From positions 8,866,001-8,930,000 of the forward strand of contig CM068750.1 in the NCBI GenBank assembly GCA_035084275.1: a stretch of 64,000 nt of DNA. The letters are read 5' to 3'. Positions 27,117-39,800 of the stretch are shown piece after piece. Every line of letters begins with the position of its first letter. The first letter of the stretch is position 1. The notes beneath the pieces were generated by a model. That model did no database searches. It was not told the DNA's origin and saw nothing but the letters and a program-made list of their open reading frames with translations. The stretch comes from Hydrolagus colliei. Its lineage: Eukaryota. The position numbers and the translations under genes are program-made.

Positions 27117-30100
27117 GCACCTTCCAGCAATGGTTTTTGGATCGTGATCAGCAGCAGGGGCCACTGCTGAAATTTTTTTCTCTGACTCATGGATGATGAG
27201 GCTAGTTGTTGGCTCATCCACTAAGTTCATTTAGTTCAGCACACTAACCCCAGAATTTTCACACTCAAGTTTAGGCTTGCAAATGTATGTTCTAGTACTG
27301 CACTGCCTTTGCTCACAAGGCCATCAGAAGATGTATATCTAGATAGACAGATTGCAACGCTGATATGGCATTTAGTATTGGGCTATGATGAATTTTTTTC
27401 CAAGATAATTTGTTTTTCCATAATGGAACCATACATTTCTAATCAAAGTGGTATGAGCAAAGAATATAATCCGACTTGCAATTTGTTTCCACCTTCTCTT
27501 TAAAATAAATCTGGTTTAAATTTAAATTTGGCAGTTTATTAGTAATGTGTTCAATCTAAATAATGTTTTTGAGGTGTTAAAGCTTTGAAAAGATGCTGGC
27601 CTTTTGTCTAACAGTTCATTTTTGTCCTTTCCAAGCAATTGGCACAACTTCAGGCAGTCGGTGATCTCATTGCACTCTGGCTGACATTTTTTTAAGCAGA
27701 GTGCTGAAGCTATAACATAAGCAAACTGCAAAAGGCCAGATGCATGCACTCTTTGCTATCTGCATTTCGGCTAAAGATGAACAGTTAACAGTGCTGTCTG
27801 TGCCAATGTCTGAGAAAAGCTTCTCGTGTCAGAATCGTGTCAGAAAATGCAAAGATTATTATAATCTGTGCTCCATGTAATTGGATTTTGGGAGATTTAA
27901 CACACCATTCTGTCTTTTACTAATGGGGGCAAATCCTTATGGAATTGGTGTTCAAACAATGAAATTTCACTGACTGGATACATCAGAACAATGTGAATCA
28001 CATTGGTTAATTGGTATAACTCTATTTTAAATATGGTATCTACTTTGTAAGAGATAGGTATTTTTGTAAAGTATAAGATGAACATGTTACAAGTTGTTGC
28101 AGCAACTTCATAACACAATATTGTACCATGAAAAGAATAAGAGCAATGGCCTTTGCCTTGCCTTATAAAATAGGAAGTGCACCAGAGCTGAAATTCTAGT
28201 AGAGATAGTGTGATATACAATGAAACATGCAGTGCTAATAAAAATTAAAACCTTAGGGTAGTTCTCTTTTATGAATACTGTATACAGGCATAAATATCCC
28301 TGCAATGTAGTTCAGTATATCTGCAAATGCAAACCTTGGGACATCCTCCTGACATGAAAGGCATTATGTAAGTGTAATTTTGTTGTTGTTGTTTGCATTT
28401 CAATGGGATTGGAACTGAACAGAGGTGCATTCCACCAGATCTTGAAGTTGCTTTTAATTATGTCCACTCCTTTGGGAGAATAGGAGTTAAATGCTTGAGG
28501 AATTTCAGCAATGCCGATAAGATCAGAAATGAGGCCACTTACAGATAATGTTCAGCTGGAGCTTTCTTCCATCTTATAAGTAAATTATTAACAGACAATT
28601 GTATACCAAATGACATTAGCAAGTATAAAGGTTCGTTAGTTATCTACGTGGTATTTAAGATGTTAAACAATACTAACAGCTTGAGCTAGTTTGGCCTGAG
28701 GTGTACTGTCCCAGTAACAACAACAACAAAATTACATTTGTATAGCATTTTTCATGTCGAGAGGACATCCCAAGTAATTCTCAACAGCAGAGAACATGTA
28801 GCCTTGCTCCAGTGCAGGGCAGAGGATGCCATTAGCAAGTTACAATAGTTGACATCACTCTTTCAGGATTTGGACTACCATTGCTTCTCATTAAAAATCC
28901 TTTTATGTTTTACTTTGCATGTTGGTGACCTACCCCATGCTCCAACTGTTTGAATAGTTGAATAGTCAAACACTCTGGGATGCTACCCTCTGTGAGGTGT
29001 GCAATATTGTTGCTTTGAATTACATTCATTCTCTGGCTTCCCATGTTTCCAATTTTAACCAGATTCACCACCAAACAGAGAGGGAGAGAGTGAAGTGGGT
29101 GTGCTTAAGCTATAGGATGACTACAGTATTGGTTAGCATTCACAACTTGAGTTGCACTCTAGCCAACTATTGTCTGGCCACATCGGAGCATTGTGCTGCC
29201 TTTCAACATCATCTCAATCAGAAACCATGCTGTGTGTGGTCTGGGAGACTATCACATGGAATATTACTAGACTCAAAGTTGAATAGAAAATAAAAGCAAG
29301 TTCATGTCTTCTCAATTTCCAACACATCCTCAAAGGAATGCTGCTATATTTTGTTGAATTAGATTTTCTTTTTGTCATTGGTAACCACTTTAGTTCTCAG
29401 CTTCTCTCTTCATATACAGTACTTGAGTTCAAAGTTGTGGAATCATCCAGGCTGCATTTTTCTAAATCCTCTCTGACACATGAGCATTTCCTTAATTTAA
29501 CACCTTTTGAAGATGAAGTGCTCAAAATATTTGAACACTCCAAATGTGGTCTCAGCGATTATCTGTATAAGGTTCAAAACAAATTACAATTAAAAGTTAT
29601 TCTGCTGCATCTGAAGGCTTGATTCGCTGTGCGCAGGACAGTACATTCACAGAACACCATAAATTGAAGCTGACTGCTTCAAACTGACTGGCTACTTTGA
29701 TAAAGTTGAAGAAAAATACACTAAAGAAAGGAAACTTTTGAAATGCGAGCGTGGAGAAAGCACTTTTTGCATCTTTTTAATACTGTACAAACTGTGGCAT
29801 TTTATGTTTAAATAAGGTCTTTCATGTACAGTAAAGTAAATTCTCAAATATTGGTGATATTACTAATTGCAGTTCTCAAAGGGTTAACTTTGTGAGTTCA
29901 CTGGCAACTTACTTACCACTGTTTTCAGAGACCACAATCAAACATCTAGTTTATATCATCTCCACATGTCAGTTCACACTCTTGAGAGTTTTTCAGGGAA
30001 CAAAATATGCAACTCTGAATTGTTGAAACCCTTAACCGTTGTGCTAAAATGCTAAGATCTATAAGCAGAACTTAACACTGGCATCTATGGTACATCGTTT

Positions 30101-33100
30101 GTATACCACTGGAGACCACAACAAAATGAACAGAACAGGTCACTTGTGGAATTTCTTACATATCTCATGGACTTTATAGAGTATCACGTGTTTACACCAC
30201 TTGGTAACCTAAAGCCCACAAGGATTTCTGTTGTCAGGCTGTAACAGTTCAAGAATCTCCACTCCTCAACATAGGATCTTTAACATCCACTTGAATGACA
30301 TATACACATCCTTAATTTTACACCTTGTCCCAAACATAGGCCATTCAATAAGGCAGCACTCACTCCTTACTCCACAATAGCTCAAATATGATCTTGGGTT
30401 CTTGTGTTGGGCCCAAAACCCTGTTCTGTACAGTAATACAGTAGTAAGAGAAAAACAATGGAATGGGGCTAAGAGGCAATTAATTACCTGGTGAGGTCAG
30501 TGATGTTATTAACAACTCCTGTAAGTTTCTTTAAGACTTTTGTCAAATCTTCCTTCCTCGTGTATTGCTATAGAGCGATATGAAGCTGAGAGATCAGACA
30601 TGGAGGAGCTCTAAATTACAGGTCCAGAAAACTGGCTTCAAACAATGAAGTAAAGACTTGTAATCTGTGACCACTCATTTCAAACTTTAAAATCAATAAT
30701 GATCATCACATTAAATTAATTTGAAAATAATGGATCACTCGTACCTGACATTAATAGTTGAGCCGGGCCAAATGCAGGTTTACACTCAGAACTTACATGA
30801 GTTAATTGCTTCATATTTTTCTGGTTTCTCGTTCCCGGTCCAAGCAAATTTAAATAAAAGGGCCTTTATGCTGCTTTGCTTGTAAAATGCATGAAATGTA
30901 TTGAAATTTGAGGTAAAAATAACTGCTACTTTTTTTCTAAAAAAAACGTTTTAGGGGAATGAGTGAAGAGACGTGTTCTGTCTTTCCTGCTCAAACTGTA
31001 CCCCTCCTGCCCGCCAGTTGTACAAACACAACCTTGCACATTCCACACTCTGTGGAATGGAGGTGAGAAAAACCACAGAACAAGCCTCATTCAGTGCCCA
31101 CAATTTTAATCTCCTGTGTGAGGACAAACAGCAGGCTGTCATTGCCCTTGGCTGATCAGATAATTTTACTGGCATTTTTTTTGCCTCAGCTGGTGATTTA
31201 TATCTCAGTACAGGGTCTGATAACACACTCATCATTCCTAGTGAATGTAGCTGAATAGGTGTTGCTCCATAGGTGGATTCTTCATAAGCACCAGTGGCAG
31301 GCCAGACTGCTATACCTGGAGACCAATGCTTTCGTGTGTTAAGGATTTATAGAGAAGGTCTGTTGGAAGGCACATAAGTTAAAATGGCAAGAAAAACAAA
31401 ACCTACAACACAAACGTAATGTATGGGCGTCTTTGACGCTGATACACTGTTATTCACATTTTCTAATTCAATTGATCATTTTCAAATATTAAATGTCTTT
31501 GTGCATGACTTAAATTTTTTCATCGCAATTTCTAGTGACCTTCCATTGTGTCAGGTTATTGGTGTAGTTGCCTGTGATGTTCATTCCCTGCATTAGAGCA
31601 ATCTGTGCATCCTGACATCCTACAAACTACACTGTGTTAAGGTGTAATGTAGCATTCCAATGTAGCATTGTTGGCAATGTGGATTGGAATAGAAAAACAA
31701 TGCACAATCCCAGCTGCGGATTACAATGGTACATTGACAATGTCGATAAAGAGATGAAAGAAAACGATTCATCTTCCTTCAGCATTTGAGTTTCATTAGA
31801 TAGAAAAACTGAAATCCATAATTTTATGATTTTTGTGATTTCTCAGTTGTTTGTCCAACTAATTCGATGTTAAGCACATCTCAGCACAGAGTATTTGAGT
31901 TCATCCTCCTCCCCAGAGTGCAGCAACTGGGCTGCAGTCTGGGAAAGAGCTGAGTAGTAGGAGTTCCCAGGCTACAAACCCAGAACATCACCACAAGTGA
32001 GCAACACAGCATTGCGGATGGCTGCCTAAGCCATTTTTCAAAGTTTATTTTTGCTTTCCAGTTCATATATTGTGTTTGTTCCTACGCCCCAACACTGAAC
32101 CATCTTTTCAAGTTATCCTTATTTCAGAAACATAGGATGTTCCTACTTGCAGGCAGTTCCTGCAATGTTATTTGGGTCATCTTGATTGGCCCGGGAGGAG
32201 ATGGCTTTGCCCACATAGGTTTTCCTTCTATCCTCTGCCTCTAGATGTCCCTATGAGACCAGCAAACCTCAACCCCAGGATTTGTGACCTTGACACATTT
32301 GACATGAGTTCAAACATTTGACATGAATAATAAACTCTTATTTGGGGGGATTTTAACACAATAGTATTCCACCTGGGCCATCTTTAAATCGATTTCAATG
32401 TATAAGGTTGCCTGTTCATTTTGCAAATAACATCACCGATACTGTACATCGGTGATGTTTTAATAACACTCACTTAAACTAGTGAATATTAACACTGCTA
32501 AATCTTTTGATGCATATTGCCAGAGAGAAGAATTAAGAGGAACCTGGAAATGGAAATATGATGATAAAAATCTAATGATAGAGGTTTCAATCCTATAATC
32601 TAATGTTGGTTCATTTGCTTAATTATCCCATTTTCTCCTCCCCCAAACAAGGTTTTATTTTTGTTCAATGCCAATGCCAACTCACAAAACAAAAATTGAG
32701 CATTTTTTAAAACAGTAATTTTAATTATTTAGTATTTTTGAACCTCATGGATTTTAGCAATAAACATTACCATGATATCCTGATAAGTAAGTGTATGTTA
32801 TATGAATGGGCTATAACCTAAAATTATACTCATCAGCCTACCTACATGTGTACAATCATTTGTCTTTGTTTGCATATCACTACAATGGACTCCCCTTTGC
32901 ATTATATAATTGAACCACTAAATTTAGATTGATTTGTGGGCACTGGATTGAACCAAAGGGCAAAGGAAGGATCCATCCACCAAAAGGAAAGCTTCCTTTT
33001 ACCATATCAGACAGCATGCTATGTGTATCCTGATATACAAACTGAGCAGACAATGTAGATTGAGTAGATGAATAATGAACAATCACAGTGTTGGATTATC

Positions 33101-33311
33101 ATATTCAAAGCCAGGCTTGTGAATGCTGGTCGTGTTCAACATTGGTCTAAATACTTTGCCGCTTTGATCTTGTATAACTTTATTAACATGTTGGAATCCC
33201 CAACCTAAACTGGAAGATAGCTTTTACTATCTATCTAATCCAATAGAATCTATCTAATCTAATTTGCCTGCTCTCTCTATTACTCTTTTATATTGTTGGA
33301 ACCATTGTTGA

Positions 33312-33401
33312 TTTAGCGCCTTGGGACGTCCTTTAGCGCCTTGGAACGTCCTCCCGACGTGAAAGGCGCTATATAAATGTAAATTGTTGTTGTTGTTGTT
33401 G
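33312..33401 (+). mobile_element. Young L2 3' tail with a duplicated 5' end
   Basis: TTTAGCGCCTTGG(G/A)ACGTCC occurs twice, then CCCGACGTGAAAGGCGCTATATAAATGTAAA(TTG)n; flanked by TTGTTGATT on both sides. Confidence 0.9.
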
Positions 33402-36400
33402 ATTGGAAGGGATTTAGCGAACAATGTTTGGCCAGATCAACTGACCACAGTATAATCTAAAGCCCTTCAGGTATAACAGTTTCACTCCAGAGATTCTGCC
33501 AACAGTTGAATCAGGAGTTTCATTCAGAGTTAGAGACTAAGAATCTCTCTGCTTCCTTTCAGACCGGTTACTCAATGGTACCATTTAATTACATTTTATT
33601 CTCCGAGACTTTAGGATATTACTTTATTTCATCTCTCCTCTTGTTCTTCTCGAACCTCCTCAAAACTGATTAAGTTGCTTCAAAACTTAATGAGAGCCCT
33701 CACTAAAAGAAGTTGTTTGTTGTTGTTGTTTTTTGCTTGCTGCTGTTTATTTTTTTCCTGAACAAAAATACTGCGGCTCAGTTAAAGAGATCTGCAGGAG
33801 ACTGTGCTTCATTCTGTGCAGCGGGAATGCTAAATCACTTCCACGAGTCTCCTGGGTCTTTCCGGTGGCTTAAAAAAACATATCCTTCGCAATATGCAGA
33901 TCTCGTTGTGTATGTAAAGGATTTATTTTGTTCTGAACATATTTTCAGGATGATTACAATAGAAAAGAGATTTAGAAACTTCCCTTCCCCAATTCACAGT
34001 TATTCTCCTAAATGCTTTCACTGCTCTTTGAGTATCGTCCAGTCATATGCTTTGCCTAGATGCCCATACAGCATATCCTGAACCCAATCTGTGAGTGTAA
34101 GGGGCTATTCAACCATGGCAGCCATCACCGCCAAGCTCGATCTTGTCTATTTCATCCGATATTCACAAGTGCAGTTTCCATTGGGAGTCACTGAGCAGCA
34201 ATCATGAATGGAAACCCTGGCTGCTTATTTTTCCACCTCCTTATCCCAGGGTTACTGGGGCCAAGCCTTTTGAAAATGTCCACTAAACTGTCCACAGTCT
34301 ATTATTTACTGAGTCAAGTGGTTTATTGAGTCAGGTCTCTCTGCTCCAGCTGGAAAGTATTTACTCACTTCTTGTGCCAGTATTTAGTGCGGCATCTTAA
34401 CAAAATTGATCATTCCTTCAGCCTTTCAAATTGACGTGTTGGAAATCTGGTGATGTCCATGCTATTTTTCAATACAAGAAGATTCTCACAGGGTGGATAT
34501 CAGCCAGGAAGTAAGTAAACGAAGGAATGAAAAATCAACAACTTAGAGTTAGACTAAGGTTTCCAGAACATTTCAACTAGCCTCCCATTAGGCTGCGGTA
34601 TTACCCAAGCATTGCAGGATTCCAATGCCACTTCCAAACCAAGGTTCCATTTTCGGTCATTGTCACAAGGGAGAATAGTTGACCATGCCCCGGACCAATC
34701 CTCTGAGATCCGTAAAACTCATGTGGCGCACATCGCTCATTCTTTTTACAGGATCTCAACTATGATCTGCCACTCACTGACAAAGTTTGATTATATTCTT
34801 GTAAAACTAAGCGAGTTAGAAATATTGTATCCTTTTGCAGAAATTCTTCAGTATGCTTGGAGTGAATGAGTCACCGTATAATTTTGACTTTTCCACCATG
34901 TCGACTCTCACAGGTTTTTGTATAAGATCCTCGGCCAGAAGGGTAAACTTATTGAAGGCTAAAGGATCAGAGACCTAGCTTCTGACTTTATTAAGAACTG
35001 TAGCTCCACGTAAAGATTGTTTGTGGGACACTGCTATGTACAACTGGCTGCCGCATTTCACACACAAAATATCCGCTCAACTCACTTTAATGTATATCCT
35101 GCAAAAGCACTTTGAGAGAAGCCTCAATGACTCAATAAAGTACTAAATTAAATGCAAGGATTATTATTATTGAGGATTTAATTAGAATAAGATGAAAATT
35201 GTGCAGAAAGGGTCAGCTTCTGAGATTATGATAGGGACAGTTCTGCTTTACCTCTGAACAAAGTTGAAGAATGCAATTTTGGTTGAGATTACATTTTGCC
35301 TGAGGTCAAAAATGGAACAATTGCATTTTGCCCCCCATGTCAACTCGGAACCCCTGCCAGAAGGCACAACATATAAAATGAAGCTTCCTCTCGTCTGCCA
35401 TGAGAGTTCAATTCTGATGAATGGTCAAACCTATTCGGATGTGAAAGGTGCTATACAAATGTAATTTTATTGTTGTTGTATTTCCATCAATCCTGTGTCT
35501 GGCATCTGCAGGCTTCCTTTTGGTTTCTACCATTATTGAGATAGTTTGCTTCACTTTGTATGTTCAAAACCTGAAGATGTTGACCTTAAAAATTGCTGTG
35601 CAGGCACTTCTGAAACCAATATCCAGTTTAACTGGAGTTTGGCATTTTCAAGTTTAATATTCTGGTATTGTGTTTCTCTCCCAAATCTAGTTAAACAAAC
35701 AGTTATTAGTTTTGCATATAATATTAGCAGTGCTTGTTCTTTTATTTGAGGTAGTTTTTGACCTCTTCCCAATAGACGACTATTTTGAAAAGGGTATGAC
35801 CCACCTCATTACTGTAACTGAAGTAATAAATGAGGAACACAAGCCTCCCAATCAGTATATTTTAGTAAATCTGTCAAGCAGCTTGTTTCAGTTTCCTGAC
35901 TCAGGCTCCATTGGCATTATAAATATCACAAGAATGAAAATACATTTCAACAACGCAGCCTTTTGCTAAGTACCAGGGAGATTGATGTGCTCTCCACTAA
36001 AGTCGCGCATTCCTGACCTACCAAATGAGAAACTGAAGCAAGGGTGTGTCTGTTGCCAATAGAGTTGCCACCCATGTGGCTTCAAACAGGACAGTCTGCC
36101 TTTTGGGCGGATTGGGCTGTCTAGAAATTTCTGAATACTAGGCACCAAAAGTCTGGTGGGGGTATTTCAAATGGAAATCTGTGTTACCTCCTTAGCCTGT
36201 TAATTTACCATCTATATATGTCAGAGGCTTGGTTATTAAGAATTCCAATTAATTTTCATCAGCAGCAAAGTAAACATTAGGACTGAGACGATGGTCCTTT
36301 ACTTGGTCCCTGCCTCCTGCTTACACTGGGACTTGGCAGAAGGTGGTCCTCTCTAATGACCAGTGATGTTAAAAAAGGGTTTATTGTTTCATTCCCAATA

Positions 36401-37230
36401 AGGTATGGAGTTACAACTTTACTTCTATAACAACACATAAAGCTATTCCTTTTGAGCTGTGAGGGAGCTGTTTGTAAAATCCTAGTGCCTACCCTCCTGA
36501 ATGGATTTTCAAGGTGATACAAATGTATAAATATCTCTGTAAAACATGTATATTTTCCATCTCTTAAACAATAACATACACACATCAATAATTGGAATCT
36601 GAATGATATATAGGCTTGGTTCTGAGAATAAACAACCAGCAGATAAGAGCCATGTATTGCAGTATTTATCTAAATATGTTTTGTATTATGTTGCTATGCT
36701 AACATAACCAAAAGACTATGCTATCCATATGTATTTAACGAAAAAGAAAGATAACAAGGGATGGGAGCAAAATGCAAGTCAAAATAACAAAGCAAACTCT
36801 TCTGTCAACAGAATTCTGCAATGAAGCTATCGGCAAGAGAGCTGAAGAGAAAGGATCCTAAGATGTTCAACATACCTGGAGGAAAGGTAGGTAAACAACT
36901 TTGTGAAGAGTGAAGTAACTTAAAGACAAGGACGTACTGTATGATTTAGTCGAATTATTTGGTTTATTTTATGTTTAATATGAAAATCAATGTGTATAAT
37001 AATTCGTATAACATTAGAAATTTAGGTATAAAACTGAGAAGGCTGCAGAGTTGCAGAAACCAGCCCTGTGTGTAAAACACAACTGAATGTAGCCAGGTTT
37101 GTACCAGTTGTAATAGATATGATAAGTGTGAAGAGCGGAGAACAAAATACATGTTCAGTTAAAGACATCAATATAGCTACTCTTTCCCCTCTCGAGAGTG
37201 GGAAGTCATGGGGTAATACCGAGGAGGCAG

Positions 37231-37748
37231 ACAAAACAGGCCTGGGCAGATGGGGAGGTGTTTTACAAAAGATACTTTGAGAAAACAGGAATGTTTGAGA
37301 ACCACTCTGCTAGTCAAGATAAGGAAAGGGCTTATGAAAAACAGGCCAAGGATCACCAAGAATCAGGAGTCACCAGGATGACCAATGAGAGAATAATCAC
37401 TTGTAAAAGGGTGATAGAGTAAGAAAGGCTGCTGGAGAAGTATAAAGATAGAGGGAAAGAGTAGCTCATTACAACAGTTGGGGGAATATCTCAAGGTGGA
37501 AGCCAAGATCTCCAGCCTGCCACCGTTGACCAGAACTACTGGAATGGGTAGTTGTTCTGTTTTACAGGCAATGAAGGGTTAGCTACAGAAGCAAGCACCT
37601 GGTCTTACAATTAGTAGTAGATTGGAGGTTTCAGTGTTAAGAGCTGCAAGGTACTGTATCTTGATGAGCAGAGTGGTTCTCAAACATTTCTGTTTTCTCA
37701 AAGTATCTTATTGTAATACACCTCCCCATCTGCCCAGGCCTGTTTTGT
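37231..37748. repeat. About 90-bp near-perfect inverted repeat with 337-bp spacer
   Basis: 37231-37320 versus reverse complement of 37658-37748, about 5 differences. Confidence 0.9.
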
Positions 37749-39593
37749 AATAAGTATGTAACTATCTGTGTTGTTGTTAATAAAATTGAGTTGCACCACA
37801 TTGGATTGCCTGGTTATTTGATTTGAACCTAGGGGATCAGAAATCCAAACTGTATTCAAATGCTCAAGCTCACATAGAAAAAAGCTAATGATTTTGATCA
37901 TAAATCAACACATCTGGTATTTCTCTTACTGATAAATCAAACGTAGGAAGATCCTTTAGGTTTTTTAATATTTACTTCTTATATCTAATTGTGAGTTCTT
38001 TGGTTACGTTCCAGGCCCTAACTTTACTGCCGCAGTATCCTTCAGTTACTAAAGCAGCAGTGACCACAGGTGCTCTGTTTGTCCAAGGAAAGGTGCTTAT
38101 ATGAGACAAAGTTAGATTCTTGCATTGAAGAGGGAATTTGGGTAAGTGTTTTATGATTAGTAACATAATTCCAACTACCATTATTAGCATTGTAGTTAAA
38201 ATTCTCGTAGCTTTTTAGTGCAGGAAATTGAAGGATATTTTACAAGCTACAAAGCCACCCTGTGTTCAAACACTTGGTAAGTCTGGTGCAAAGTTTTAGT
38301 GACGTTGTCATGTGTTAACAATGGTTTTAGCCTGCATTGGTAGATATTGTGAAAGTATCTGCACTTAGCGAAAGAAGGAATATCTCAACCACTGCCATTT
38401 AACTTAGACGGTTTGATATCAGGAAGGCTTTCAATTGCATCCTGCATTGCTGAGGAATTGTTCCTAATGGGTAAGACATGCTCCTTTAACCCAAGAATAC
38501 ACATTCTGTAAACTAAATCTATATTTAAGGAAAACTCAGGCTCAACGGTTCTCTTCAGAAATATTTTTTTTTTAAATTGGTCTTTTATTTTTCCTGGGGT
38601 AATCGTTTTGAGAAATAAATTGTTCTGAATCTTTAGGCATATAGAACCCCAGATTGTGCAGGAAAGGAAGGAAATTACATCAGTTCATCATTACTTGCAA
38701 GGGTCACTCCATAAATAAATAGTTACACTTGTCAATGACAAAATTATACACACAAGTGCTTTCAACACAATATTGCATTTAGACATTGCCAACTCATACA
38801 CAACACTTTTCCCTAGACCTACAAAGAGGCTGTATTTAAAAACCATCAAACCTGATTTTTGCTAGGTCCCTGGTAGATTTGTTCATATAAATATATTTTA
38901 TTGGGAGAATGGTGCCCCGTTACAGAGCATTCTTCATGCAAAACTGAGTTTTTAATGCATTGCTCATTATCTGAATCTCCTATATTCCAGTGAAACTCTA
39001 AACTCTTCGCAGGAGAATATCTTTTATCTCAAAAATCTAGTTAAAGAACCAAGATGTACAGTTCATAGTCAAGGTTGAAAAGAGGAGAAAAAACAACGTG
39101 CCTTGAGAAGCGATTAGTTAAAATAATACAGCAAAGTTCTTCAGACTTACAGTCTTTGGAAAGAATATATTTTAAACACTGTAACAAGGTTTGGTTTGAG
39201 TACAATGAGGAAAGTGGGAGGTTGAAGACTGTGGGATGGCATGTTTGGCATTTAGAAGGAACGAAAGAAGAGATAAAGTCAAAATAACAATCCGAGGGCA
39301 GTGGAGTGTCAATAAACATTCCAGAAGTTGTTTTGTTCTGGAAGCAAATCCAATTTGCCATATGTATTTCAATACATATGAAAATCTGACTCAAAGTTAC
39401 ATGCTCAAACTGGTCTTTTTATTTATGCACAAACCCTTGGTATGAACAGAAAAAGGTTGCTGACATAGATGTAAATACCACATTAATGTGGTATTTAGTT
39501 TTGACAAATCTATTTCTGGAAGCAATCTCTGTTTTATCTTTGGTTCATTCATGTTTTTATAGCAGGTTGAATGAAGCACTTGTTTCCAAATTA

Positions 39594-39800
39594 TAACAAC
39601 AACAAAATTACATTTGTAGAGCATCTTTCATGTCAGTAGGGCATCCTAAGGTTCTGAACAGTCAGGGGTCAGGACCCAAGCATGGTGATGCGGGGTGGGG
39701 GAGGTAGGAGGAGGGGGCAGGGTTGGGATGAGGGAGGGCAGAGAGGTGGTGGTGTGACCGAAGGCACGGTCGAAAAGGAGGGTCTATGGATGGATTTGCT
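39594..39800 (-). mobile_element. L2 3' end
   Basis: (CAA)n-AAATTACATTTGTAGAGCATCTTTCATGTC...GACCGAAGGCACGGTCGAAAAGGAGGG, antisense of the L2 3' UTR also seen at 9430-9560. Confidence 0.8.
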
